From an uncultured Desulfobacteraceae bacterium (GTDB lineage Bacteria > Desulfobacterota > Desulfobacteria > Desulfobacterales > UBA2156): DNA of 56,135 bases. The notes beneath the pieces are model-generated. The model was not told where the DNA came from. It saw only the letters and a list, made by a program, of their open reading frames with translations, and ran no database searches. A program made the position numbers and the translations under genes. Positions 46,162 to 55,979 of the stretch are shown piece by piece (within the stretch, counting starts at the first letter, position 1; every line of letters begins with the position of its first letter). Location: NCBI GenBank assembly GCA_964596535.1, contig CAZQUR010000007.1, positions 1-56,135 on the forward strand, read 5' to 3'.

Positions 46162-46466
46162 ACGTTTTTCTCCTTCCTCCTGGCAATTTTGTGTGAATGG
46201 GACATATTCATGCCCCGCCCTCACAATTTTATTGTGGGAGTATTTTTATAGAATTTGATTTAAAAAGTCAAATACAAAATACGCGGTCTCAAAACCCGCC
46301 TCTTCCTTTTGGCTTGCCAAATGTGCTTTTGGTTTTTTGCAGGATTTACCCCAACGTTGCAAAAAGAGGCCGATAGCATAAAAAATCTTATTTTTTAAAG
46401 AGTTAAGCCTATTAAACATTATTCGCCATGTTTTTAATGCAACGTTGGGGTTTCTTGGCCCGGTAT

Positions 46467-47681
46467 TCAAGGACGGTGGGACGCTTCGGCGCTGGGAAGA
46501 CCGGCTGAAAGAAATCCGCCGGTGGCAATGAAAAGCGCCACGGCGATAAACGCGAGTTGGAAAGAAGCGATCTCCCCGAGGGTGCCGATGAGCGCCGGAA
46601 TGAGCCCTCCCCCGGTCAAAAAGGCAAGGGGGACCGTTACCGAAACCACCAGGTTTCTCAGATCGGGCCGGCTGGTCCGGGAAAGAACGGCGAATCCCGC
46701 CGGGAAAAAGCAGACGGCGATGACGGGCTGGATGAAAATCGGTATGACCACATAAGCGGAGGGCGCCAGGCCGATGAAAAGGGTGGCACATCCGCTCAGG
46801 AAAAAGACCATCATCAAAACGCGTTCGGGTCCCAGTCGATCCGTAAGCCACCCCCCAAAAAACACCATTACGGCGCCGGCGACCCGGGACAGGGCCACCA
46901 CCCCGTTTGCCGAGGCCCTTTCGAACCCGTGGCTGTTCACCAGAAAGACGGGGAGCATGGCAAAAAGCCCCAGAGTGCCGCTGATTCCAAGACTGAACAG
47001 AAAGACCATCAGCCAAAAGGAAGGATTTGAAAGGATCATCTTAAAGGAGGACAAGCGCGGGGGCTCCCCGCAAAAATCCCCGCCGCGGGCGAAGTGAAAA
47101 ACGAGGCCTGCCTGCACCAGGGATGCCGTGCCGAGAAAAAAAAAGACGGCACGCCACGAGAAGTAGTGCATCACCCCTTCCGCCAGTAACGGCGCCGCCA
47201 TAAAACCAATATTGGGTGCCAGTTCATGGATGGCGAGGGCCTTTCCCCAGTGGTTCTGATGAAACGTGGTGGTGATCATGACGATGGCCGACGGCAGGTA
47301 CAGTCCGGCCCCCAAGCCCACGAAAAAAAGGGCGCTTCCCATTCCGATATATCCCGGGCTTGCGGATACTCCGATGTGGGCCACCCCCACCGCACATCCG
47401 GAAACCATGAGGGTCCGGCGATGGCAAAATCTCGCCGAAAAAAAGCTCGATCCCACAAGGGAAATAAAATACCCTGCAGAAATCACCAGGAAAAGGGATC
47501 CAGCCTCGGCATGGCTCAGATCCAGGTCCGCTTCCACTTCCGGAAGCAGCGGGGACAATACGATCCTCCCCAAAAAGTTGACGAAAAAAATGGATGTGAG
47601 TAAAAATAGAAGCCCGATCCCCTTGAAAAACGGCGCTGAAGGGGAATCCTGGGTGAGGGGGGCGCTCTTTTCCGATTCCAT
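46467..47681 (-). CDS. MFS transporter
   Basis: About 12 hydrophobic segments; GGWLTDRLG motif. Confidence 0.88.
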   Translation of the reverse strand: MESEKSAPLTQDSPSAPFFKGIGLLFLLTSIFFVNFLGRIVLSPLLPEVEADLDLSHAEAGSLFLVISAGYFISLVGSSFFSARFCHRRTLMVSGCAVGVAHIGVSASPGYIGMGSALFFVGLGAGLYLPSAIVMITTTFHQNHWGKALAIHELAPNIGFMAAPLLAEGVMHYFSWRAVFFFLGTASLVQAGLVFHFARGGDFCGEPPRLSSFKMILSNPSFWLMVFLFSLGISGTLGLFAMLPVFLVNSHGFERASANGVVALSRVAGAVMVFFGGWLTDRLGPERVLMMVFFLSGCATLFIGLAPSAYVVIPIFIQPVIAVCFFPAGFAVLSRTSRPDLRNLVVSVTVPLAFLTGGGLIPALIGTLGEIASFQLAFIAVALFIATGGFLSAGLPSAEASHRP

Positions 47682-47859
47682 GCACGTTATTCCAAAAAAC
47701 CGGCCCCTTGTGAGGCCACCATCCCGAAGAGCGGGGTTTCGGTAAAAAAGACGTTCATTTTAAGATCGCCCCTTGGCCCCGTCTCAAAATCCCCGCTTTA
47801 AAGCAGGATTGAAGAAGCGTTCCGATCACCCTGGCGGATCCACGGTGTGGCGTGGATAT

Positions 47860-50400
47860 TTAATCGGCACGTTGAAACGGCAACTGTACCGTGAAGGTAG
47901 ATCCCTTACCGGGTTCCGACGCCACGTAAATGGCACCGCCGTTTTCCTTGATCAATTTTTCGGTGACGAGAAGTCCCAGCCCGGTCCCTTTTTGTCCTTT
48001 GGTACTGAAAACACTGGAAAAAAGATGGTCCATGGTCTCGCCGTCCATCCCGATGCCGTTGTCGGTAACCTGGAGTTGGAGGGTATTGTTTTTCAACAGG
48101 GCCGTGGAAACCGTGACCGCCCATTCTTTTTCACCGACGATATCGAAAAGGCAGGCATCGATGGCATTGGTGACGAGATCCAAAAGAATGCGGTGGAGGG
48201 CCTTGGGATCCATTTTTACTTGGCCGATGGCCGGATCAAGATCCTTGACAAGTGTGATGTTGTGTCCCTCGGCGAGATTTGCAGCCAGGGAGCAGACCTC
48301 CTCCACGACGGCATTGGGGAAACAGGGGGCGGGTTCCGGGACCCGCTCTTTGGAGTAGATGAGAAGATCCATCACCAAATCGGAAATCCTTTGTATGTTG
48401 CGTTCCATCATTCGCCAGCCGTCCCGGATTTTCTGCCTGTCGTCTTTTTCCATGGCCAGGTTGATGACATAAACACTCCCTTTTAATCCATAAAGGATAT
48501 TCTTGATGGAGTGGGCCAGGCCGGCGATGGTCTGTCCGATGGCCGCCAGCCGCTCCGACTTGATCAGTTCCTTTTGGAGACGTTTAATTTCCCGCAAGTC
48601 CCTGAAAAAACAAACACTGCCGATTACCGTGGTATCCTGAAACAAAATCGCACCGGAAAACCGGGCCGGAATCGTTTCTCCGGATTTTGAAATCACGTTG
48701 ATCTCCCTCCACTGGGAGAGCATGACATCTCCTTTATTTTCCAGCCCTAAACGGACCTGTGTGCAGATCTCGGTCGGAAAAAGGGCTTCAATGGAGGTCC
48801 GATTGAGGATCTCTTCGGCGGGATATTCGAAAATTCGCTGGGCGCCGGCGTTGTAAATAATGACCACCCCTTTTTCATCGGTGGCGATGATTCCGTCATT
48901 GGAGGACCGGATCAGCTTTTCCTGAAAGTCGGATCTTCTTTCGATCTCTTCCGTGGCGGCCCGCACCATATCTTCGAGCTTTTCGGCATATTCTTTCAGC
49001 TTCTCCCGTGCCCGCCGCTGGTCCGTGGTGTCCCATAGCGTTTCAATGGCGCCGATGCGTTTTCCGTCCGGATCTTTGATGGGAGCGGCTGTAAAATAAC
49101 ACCATCTTCCGTGCGGGCCCAGCTTGGGGAAAAAGACTTCGGCTTCATAGGCGTCTTCAAGGAGTGCGGACCGGCGCCACTTTTTGCCGTACAATGCCCG
49201 GATGCGATTTTCCGGGAGCCGATCCACAATCACGTCCGCCATAGAGGGACGCTGGTAATCCCAGAAAGGCTCCCACTGCCGGTTTGTCCCGATCATCTCT
49301 TCGGCTTTATATCCGGTCAGGCGCTCCATGGCCTTGTTCCAGTGGGTTAAGCGATGGTTTTGATCGATGACGAACGTGGGAATCGTACTTCCCTGAACGA
49401 TTTGGGCCATCATTTGTTCGCCGGCGATGAGCTTTTCGGTTTTGGCGGAAAGTTCCCGGTTGTATCGAATGAGCGCTTCTTTGGCATTTACGCGTTCGGT
49501 TCGATCCCACAGGGTTTCAATGGCACCCACGACATTTTCCGCCGGGTCTCGAAGGGGAGCGGCCGTGAAAAACAACCATTTTCCGGTTTCACCGAAATGG
49601 GGAAAAAATTCTTCGGCTTCGTATGCGTCTTCAATGAGCGCCGATTTTTTCCATTGTTTTCCGTAGTACTTTTCAATTTCCGCTTCCGGCATCTCATCCA
49701 CAATCACATCCGCCATGATGGGGCGTTTCCGCGGTCGAAAGGGCGCCCAGTGCCGGTTGGTTCCGACGATTCTTTCCGCCGGATACCCCGTCAGCGTTTC
49801 ACACGCCTTGTTCCAGTGGGTGACGGTATGCGCCTTGTTGATGACAAAGGTGGGGATGGTACTGCCGTCGATGATCTGGGAGAGGAACTGTTCCCGCTCG
49901 AGAATCTCCCGTTCCAGGTTCTCCAGACGGATCGTCCGACCCTTCAAAATTTCTCCGATCCTTACGGCAAAGTCGTCAAATACCCGCCTGGCACGGCCCT
50001 CATTGAAAGGGCCCCTCCTTAAAAGCTCGAGATGCCGCACCCGTTGCGCCTCGATGGTGAGGATATCATAAAGGAGCATGGCCTGGTGATGATCGAAAAG
50101 ACGAAGATGTTTCGGCAGGTCCTTTCGGACGGCGGCGGCCACCGCCTCTTTTCCCGTGAGTTCGAGGACGACCTGAAGACCTTTCAGATGGAACAGTTCC
50201 TTGTAATCTTTTGACGTGAACAGACCGGACCGGACAGCATGCCGGTATCCAGGGGCGGATGTTTTGCGATCCACCACCCCCAGCACCTGGATCTGCAGAT
50301 GCGCCAGGTGGGGGCCATGCACCATCCGGATGAGGGCCTTCCCGATCCGCCCGGCCCCCACTATCCCGATTTTCGCTCCCTTCAGGCTCTCGGCATCCAT
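47860..50400 (-). CDS. Cytoplasmic multi-PAS sensor histidine kinase with N-terminal Rossmann-like domain
   Basis: IGIVGAGRIG; three PAS domains; H-box GLAHSIKN, NAIDA, DNGIG, FSTK and GTGLGL motifs. Confidence 0.92.
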   Translation of the reverse strand: MDAESLKGAKIGIVGAGRIGKALIRMVHGPHLAHLQIQVLGVVDRKTSAPGYRHAVRSGLFTSKDYKELFHLKGLQVVLELTGKEAVAAAVRKDLPKHLRLFDHHQAMLLYDILTIEAQRVRHLELLRRGPFNEGRARRVFDDFAVRIGEILKGRTIRLENLEREILEREQFLSQIIDGSTIPTFVINKAHTVTHWNKACETLTGYPAERIVGTNRHWAPFRPRKRPIMADVIVDEMPEAEIEKYYGKQWKKSALIEDAYEAEEFFPHFGETGKWLFFTAAPLRDPAENVVGAIETLWDRTERVNAKEALIRYNRELSAKTEKLIAGEQMMAQIVQGSTIPTFVIDQNHRLTHWNKAMERLTGYKAEEMIGTNRQWEPFWDYQRPSMADVIVDRLPENRIRALYGKKWRRSALLEDAYEAEVFFPKLGPHGRWCYFTAAPIKDPDGKRIGAIETLWDTTDQRRAREKLKEYAEKLEDMVRAATEEIERRSDFQEKLIRSSNDGIIATDEKGVVIIYNAGAQRIFEYPAEEILNRTSIEALFPTEICTQVRLGLENKGDVMLSQWREINVISKSGETIPARFSGAILFQDTTVIGSVCFFRDLREIKRLQKELIKSERLAAIGQTIAGLAHSIKNILYGLKGSVYVINLAMEKDDRQKIRDGWRMMERNIQRISDLVMDLLIYSKERVPEPAPCFPNAVVEEVCSLAANLAEGHNITLVKDLDPAIGQVKMDPKALHRILLDLVTNAIDACLFDIVGEKEWAVTVSTALLKNNTLQLQVTDNGIGMDGETMDHLFSSVFSTKGQKGTGLGLLVTEKLIKENGGAIYVASEPGKGSTFTVQLPFQRAD

Positions 50401-50532
50401 TTTCCGCCCAGACAAAAAGCCGAATGAATCTTGATGTTATTTTGTGGTTTCAAGATTTCATGGATGATACGTGAAGCGTTTTCCCGTATCCCCGCAAGGC
50501 AAAACAGGAAAAAGGGTTCCTTGCCGGAGGAC

Positions 50533-50613
50533 TTATTCCACCATGTCGGCCACAAGCGCCACGGCAGTGTCAAGGTCCACTCGTCCCATATTCAAAATCA
50601 GATGATACAGCTC
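50533..50613 (-). pseudogene. C-terminal remnant of a cytidylate-kinase-like family gene
   Basis: Manual translation ELYHLILNMGRVDLDTAVALVADMVE*; in-frame TGA upstream at 50655 and no start. Confidence 0.45.
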
Positions 50614-50705
50614 CCTGAATGCGCACCTTGTAGCGGCCTTATGGATGCCGCCTCATCACCACGTATTTTCTCTTTTTTTTGTCGTCTTCCGGCTGTATCA
50701 CTCCG

Positions 50706-51584
50706 TTAAGCGTCCCCGGGAGGAATCAACAGCGTCGGATAGATGGATTTTACCGATAGTGCCTCCGGTGTACTTCCGATGAATCGTTCCTTCCAGGATC
50801 CTTTGGCCGAAGAGCCCAAAACAATCAGCGTGCATTGACACTCCCGGGCGGCTTTTTCGATCTCCACCACAGGTTTTCCCGCATAAACGTGCGGCTTGGC
50901 CGAAATGCCTTCCTCTTCAAATTCTTCACAGATCGCTTCCAGTCGGCTCCGTGCCTCTTTGCGTGCTTTTTGAACGGTCATGCCCGATGCGCTCTTCAGA
51001 TATTTTTCTTCAATGACGTTCATGACGTGAATTTCGGAAATGACCCCTTTGAGCCCCTTGAGATACTTTACCGAAAGCAGGCTTGCCGGCGATCCGTCCA
51101 TGGCCAGGAGGGGCCGCTCAAAGGGACGTTCGGGGTGCTGGGCGTCCTGATGCAGGTATTTATAAACCAATACCGGTATGTTCGCCCTTCGGATGATTTC
51201 CGTCACGTCGGAGCCCGAATAGATCTGTTCCAGTTTCCCCTGCCGGGGGCGACCGATAACGATCAGGTTCACCCCTTCCTTTTCACAGGCCGAGATCACC
51301 TGATGCACCAGGTTCCCCACCGTGATATAGGCCCCCACTTCCATGCCCTGTTCGAAGAGGTGTTCCGCCCAATCGATGAATCGAATGTTTGCCATCTCCC
51401 TGAGTTTGACTTCTTCCTCTTTTCGATAACCGGTCCCCCGGTGCATGGCGACCTTTTCCCGCTCGATGACGTTGAGAAAAACGACGTGATTCAAGCCCGC
51501 CGTTCTGAGATCCAGAAGAGACTGAAGGGCATCGAACCACAATTCCTCAAACTTGGTGACGAATAAAAGCTTTTCTATTTTCAT
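50706..51584 (-). CDS. Tandem universal stress protein
   Basis: Two USP domains (LIVIG...YSGSDVTEII..ANIPVLV; LIVLGS...FIGST...PTLLIP). Confidence 0.9.
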   Translation of the reverse strand: MKIEKLLFVTKFEELWFDALQSLLDLRTAGLNHVVFLNVIEREKVAMHRGTGYRKEEEVKLREMANIRFIDWAEHLFEQGMEVGAYITVGNLVHQVISACEKEGVNLIVIGRPRQGKLEQIYSGSDVTEIIRRANIPVLVYKYLHQDAQHPERPFERPLLAMDGSPASLLSVKYLKGLKGVISEIHVMNVIEEKYLKSASGMTVQKARKEARSRLEAICEEFEEEGISAKPHVYAGKPVVEIEKAARECQCTLIVLGSSAKGSWKERFIGSTPEALSVKSIYPTLLIPPGDA

Positions 51585-51738
51585 GCCCTCCTCCCAACCT
51601 CCGGGCGGGTGATCCTCGCGGGTTTCCCTTGTTTTCTGATGGCTTTCACCGTTTCCTCAATCCGGAGAATTGTCCCGGCTATTCGATGTTTGCGGCCACC
51701 GGTTCGTAATATCCCATCACTTTGGGTTCTCAGAATCC

Positions 51739-52131
51739 TTAGCCGATGATGCTTTTTACGGCTTGTGCGAGTTCTTCGGCTTCCACCGGTTTTTCGAGGT
51801 AGATTTCAGGTTCCGGAACAGATTCCCCACCGAATTCGGTGAGGGCTTTTTGGGACCTTAAAAAGGTTTTCTTTGCAATCCCCGAAAGAATAATGACGCG
51901 GGTGCCTTCCAGGTCTTCGTCCGTTTTCAACTCCCGGTATAGCCGGATACCGCTTTGTTTCGGCATTAACACATCCAGAATCACCAGGTCCGGTTTTTCT
52001 TCTTTGATCTTCTTGAGACCCTCTTCTCCGTTTTGGGCCGTAAGCACGAAATAGCCGTTTTCTTCAAGAACCGATACGTTGAATGTAATCACATCCGGAT
52101 CATCATCGACCACCAAAACCGTCTTGCTCAT
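51739..52131 (-). CDS. Single-domain response regulator
   Basis: VLVVDDDPD, ILDVLMP and LEKP motifs. Confidence 0.92.
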   Translation of the reverse strand: MSKTVLVVDDDPDVITFNVSVLEENGYFVLTAQNGEEGLKKIKEEKPDLVILDVLMPKQSGIRLYRELKTDEDLEGTRVIILSGIAKKTFLRSQKALTEFGGESVPEPEIYLEKPVEAEELAQAVKSIIG

Positions 52132-52296
52132 GTGTGCCTCCCCGTATGATTAACGTTTTGAATAAAACTTTTCAATGACCTTGGAGGAGTTGTTCATCAA
52201 CGTCAACTCACTGCTGTAAAACCGACCAATCCATCGTCGATCCCAGCCGGGAGGATCAAAATTGAAAAGTCCCCGCCGTCATTTCGATAGACCGCT

Positions 52297-53184
52297 TCAC
52301 GGAACCAATAACACCGGCAGTTCGGAAATCTCGGCCACGCGGTGGGAGACTCCTCCCAGCCAATATTCTTCCATCCAGTCCTTTCCGGTTCTGCCCATGA
52401 TGATCATCGTTGCTTCGGTCTCCCTTGAAATACGCAGGATCTCCGAAACGGGTTTGCCGATGCAAAGATGGCTTTCCGTCGCAATATTTTCTTTTTCCAG
52501 TCGTGCGCAATAGGCATCGAGCCGTTGCCGGCTCTTTTGGTCCAACGCTTTCTTTCGTGAAGCATTGGTCCCTTTGGCCAGTTTGGCGTCGATGACATGG
52601 ACCACCACGGCCTCTTCCGCGATCCCTCGGAATGCAGTGATGGCGGCAAGGCCCCTCTCCGAGGGCGGAGACCAGTCCGCAGCCAACAAGGGGCGATGAA
52701 AAATTCGGTCGTTTTTTCGAGAAAAAACGCCGTCTTCGGTTTCAAACTGGACCACATACCGGCCCATCAACACCGGAACGGTGCTTCTCCGAAGGATATC
52801 CAGGATATGGGATCCCACATAGATCTTTTCAAACAACGTCCGTTTTTTCGCTCCCGTGACGATGAGGTCCACTTTTTCATTTTCGGCGATCTTCAAAATG
52901 GATGCGTTGAGGATACCGGTTTGAATCCGGATAGTGCATTTCATTCCGGCCTTTTCAACGGCTTTTTGCCAACTTTCAAAGCGGCATTTTGCCTGGTTTC
53001 GGATCCTTTGTTCTTCTTCTTTTAAAAAACCGCCGTACGGAACAAAACCGACGGTCTCCTTGGGGATGACGTACACCAGGACGATTTCTTTTAACCCACA
53101 TGCTTTCAAACGGAACAGCGTTTTCAGGGAATTGAAGGCATAGGCCCCGAACTGGGTGTGGAAAAGCACCTTTGCAAATTTCAT
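52297..53184 (-). CDS. Tandem universal stress protein
   Basis: DLIVTG...YVGSHIL..LRRSTVPVL; IIMGRTG...LGGVSHRVAEISELPVLLVP. Confidence 0.9.
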   Translation of the reverse strand: MKFAKVLFHTQFGAYAFNSLKTLFRLKACGLKEIVLVYVIPKETVGFVPYGGFLKEEEQRIRNQAKCRFESWQKAVEKAGMKCTIRIQTGILNASILKIAENEKVDLIVTGAKKRTLFEKIYVGSHILDILRRSTVPVLMGRYVVQFETEDGVFSRKNDRIFHRPLLAADWSPPSERGLAAITAFRGIAEEAVVVHVIDAKLAKGTNASRKKALDQKSRQRLDAYCARLEKENIATESHLCIGKPVSEILRISRETEATMIIMGRTGKDWMEEYWLGGVSHRVAEISELPVLLVP

Positions 53185-53193
53185 TTTGGGCTC

Positions 53194-54756
53194 CTACCAA
53201 AAAAAGACCAGGGTCACCACGATAAATACCGGAATTAAAAAGACCAGACTGTATTTGAGAATGTATCCGAAAAAGCTGGGCATGGGGGTTCCCGCTTCTT
53301 CGGAAATGGATCGGACCATGAAGTTGGGGGCGTTTCCGATATAGCTGCACGCCCCGAAAAATACCGCACCCGCCGATATGGCCGCCAAATAAACCGCCTT
53401 TTCGCTCATCAGCAATGGAACCGCTTCGGATTCCGGGAGGCCGGCATAGAAACTGCCGATGGCGGTATTGAAAAAGGTCAGATACGTGGGAGCATTGTCC
53501 AGAAAACCCGACAAGGTACCGGTGACCCAAAAATAATGATACGGTTTCTTGACGGAATCGATCAACACCGCAAGGGCGCCGTCGGACCCGGCTTTCAGGA
53601 TCAAAAGGCAGGGGATCATGGTGATAAAGATCCCGATGAACAGATACGCCACTTCAATAATGGGAAACCAGGTGAAATCGTTGTCCTCACGGATTCGGAT
53701 GGATGTGGTGGATAGAGAGAACACCCCCATTAAAACGAGAAGTCCGTCCCGGACCCAGTCCTGAACCGCCCGGTGAATACCGAAGGTGTTCACCTCCCCC
53801 CAATCCACGAGCCCGCTGAGCAAGACGGAGCCCACGATACCCAAAAGGAATAAAAAATTGTGATATCCTTCCAATCGAAGGGGTTCGCGGGGTTCATCGG
53901 GCGCCTTCCCGGTGGGGCGTTCCTTTCGATAATAATACGTATCCAGGAAGAAATAGAGCACCAACAGGAAACCGGCGACCAGTAACATGTGAGGAAGGAG
54001 TTTAAAGGTCCAGAAAAAACTGACCCCGTGGAGAAAACCCAAAAAGAGCGGGGGATCCCCCAGCGGCGTCAGTGAACCCCCGACATTGGCGACCAGGAAG
54101 ATAAAAAAAACCACCATAAACGTGCGGTTTTTCCGATCTTTATTGGCTCTTAAAAAGGGGCGTATGAGGAGCATGGCGGCACCCGTCGTCCCCATCCATG
54201 AAGCCAGCAGGGTGCCGATGGCAAGAATCAGAGTATTGACAGCGGGCGTTCCCCTCAGGGAACCCCTGAGAAGGATCCCTCCGGACACGGTGTACAAAGA
54301 CCATAACAAGATGATGAAAGGAACGTAATCAGCCAGGATGATGTGCAAAATTTCATGCAGGGCGATCCACTTGTAGGCAAACAGAAAAGGGATTCCGAGG
54401 CATGCCGCCCAGAATGCCGCAATTTTCCCGAAATGATGGTGCCAGAATTCGGGTAACAGCAAGGGGAAAAGGGCGATGGAAAGGAGCATGCCGGCAAAGG
54501 GAATGCAGCTCCAAATGGGCAGCAATCCGCCCAGATCGAGGTGCCCGCTTTTCCCGTGCACTGCACCGCCTTCCGAAAGATAAGGGGCTTCGGTCCCTTG
54601 GGTATGCACTTCCGCATCCCGGGCAGGGGATCCCGTTTCCGTGGATGCCGTCACGATTTCCGATGTCGGATTCGCGGCCAGGACTTGTGTGGAAGCCAGG
54701 AAAAAACACAAAAGGATCGACGCAGCAGCGAGCAGGGGCGATCTCATGGGGCCCAT
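53194..54756 (-). CDS. Putative sodium:proton antiporter / ion-transporter superfamily permease
   Basis: GTTGAAMLLIRP, ANVGGSLTPLGDPPLFLG, LDNAPTY and YIGNAPNFMV motifs. Confidence 0.85.
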   Translation of the reverse strand: MGPMRSPLLAAASILLCFFLASTQVLAANPTSEIVTASTETGSPARDAEVHTQGTEAPYLSEGGAVHGKSGHLDLGGLLPIWSCIPFAGMLLSIALFPLLLPEFWHHHFGKIAAFWAACLGIPFLFAYKWIALHEILHIILADYVPFIILLWSLYTVSGGILLRGSLRGTPAVNTLILAIGTLLASWMGTTGAAMLLIRPFLRANKDRKNRTFMVVFFIFLVANVGGSLTPLGDPPLFLGFLHGVSFFWTFKLLPHMLLVAGFLLVLYFFLDTYYYRKERPTGKAPDEPREPLRLEGYHNFLFLLGIVGSVLLSGLVDWGEVNTFGIHRAVQDWVRDGLLVLMGVFSLSTTSIRIREDNDFTWFPIIEVAYLFIGIFITMIPCLLILKAGSDGALAVLIDSVKKPYHYFWVTGTLSGFLDNAPTYLTFFNTAIGSFYAGLPESEAVPLLMSEKAVYLAAISAGAVFFGACSYIGNAPNFMVRSISEEAGTPMPSFFGYILKYSLVFLIPVFIVVTLVFFW

Positions 54757-54974
54757 TCTCCTTGTTTTCTGTTCCGATTCACGCAACACCGTATTCGGGC
54801 TTTGATTCGGTGATGCTTTTTAGGAAAACGGCGAAAAGGTGTCAACTTAAAAAGGGGGCATGAGGACCGGACGAAAGTAGCGCCCATCCGCCCTGAAGGC
54901 CGGGGCTCCCCGGTAGAGAAAATGCCCATTTTAAGATCCCGGGGCCAATCGGGTGCGGCAAGGCCATGAAGGCG

Positions 54975-55256
54975 TCATGGACCGATCCCGTATTCCGGAT
55001 CTTCAATGTTTGTGGACTTGCACCGGGGGCAACGACCGGGCTTGGCAAAGTGTTTGCGGTCTTTGAACAGGAATTTACACTCCATGCACCGGAAAGGATG
55101 GGCGACCAGACGCTTTCCTTTTGCCCTAATGGTCCGGGAGATATGAAAAAGATGGTCGGCCAGCTCCCTGTCGCTGATTCGAAATTGCTTGGCAAGCTCC
55201 CGAAATCCAAAAGCGCGTTCTTCCAACAGGGAAATCATTTTCTGCCGGAGGGTCAC
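54975..55256 (-). CDS. HTH + zinc-ribbon transcriptional regulator (COG3357-like)
   Basis: T.RQKMISLL, HL.HISRT and CMECKF...PGRCPRCKS motifs. Confidence 0.8.
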   Translation of the reverse strand: MTLRQKMISLLEERAFGFRELAKQFRISDRELADHLFHISRTIRAKGKRLVAHPFRCMECKFLFKDRKHFAKPGRCPRCKSTNIEDPEYGIGP

Positions 55257-55287
55257 TTCCGCTAAACCTTTCCTGCGCGTTGAAGGA

Positions 55288-55530
55288 TCACTTTCGCTGA
55301 GCCGCTTCTTTCAGCAAGCGCTTAAACCCTTTCAGCGTGCCTTTCCATCCGGCGTCTTCCCCAAGCATCACCGCCACGATGATATCCTTTTCCACACTGA
55401 TTTCAAAAACGATTTCTTCATCTTGGATCTTGAAAACCGCTTCCCCCCACCGCTGGGCGGGAAACCCCGTCGCCTCACAGTCATAGTCGGTGCGCAGTTC
55501 TCCGATCATCCGAATGTCGTTCATTACCAC
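55288..55530 (-). CDS. Hypothetical protein
   Basis: 80-aa ORF filling the gap between co-oriented genes; GAGG RBS before the ATG at 55524. Confidence 0.6.
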   Translation of the reverse strand: MVMNDIRMIGELRTDYDCEATGFPAQRWGEAVFKIQDEEIVFEISVEKDIIVAVMLGEDAGWKGTLKGFKRLLKEAAQRK

Positions 55531-55557
55531 CTCTGCTTTTTCTTCGTCCTGGAAAGG

Positions 55558-55979
55558 TTACGGCACCATCCACACCACACGATCCGTACTGTTCTTGATG
55601 ATGGCATTCGATACGCTTCCCATGTAAAAGGATCGACCGATTCCCCTTTTCCCAACGAGGATGGTTCCAAAGTCGTGCACTTTGGACGCCGACAAAATCG
55701 CTTGGGCCGCGGACAGCTTCCGACCCGCCTCCCGGAACTCGACTCGTTTTTCGTCCACCCCGTGTTCTCTGAATTTGATCCGCACCTGTCTAAAAGAATC
55801 CTCGATACACCCACGGTTTGTCTTTTTCAGCATCTGCTGTACGGGTTTCGCATCTTCAAACGCAACGGCACAGGAATCCTGAAAAACGGGGCGGACGTGG
55901 AAAAGGGTGTTTTCAGGGAATCCGCGGGGCCGGCCATAAAAAGTGCGTGATCCACGGCCACCAGCACTTTTCGCTCCAT
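55558..55979 (-). pseudogene. Frameshifted / eroded universal stress protein
   Basis: ATG at 55979 gives the typical USP start MERKVLVAVD. The USP remainder (TLFHV...TILVGKRG..FYMGSVSNAII...VVWMVP) is in another frame. Confidence 0.65.

Noticed and set aside
54790-54970. Na+/Li+ riboswitch upstream of the antiporter
   Set aside because: Only a terminator-like GGGCAT/ATGCCC stem and a TTGACA hexamer are visible; no recognisable consensus.
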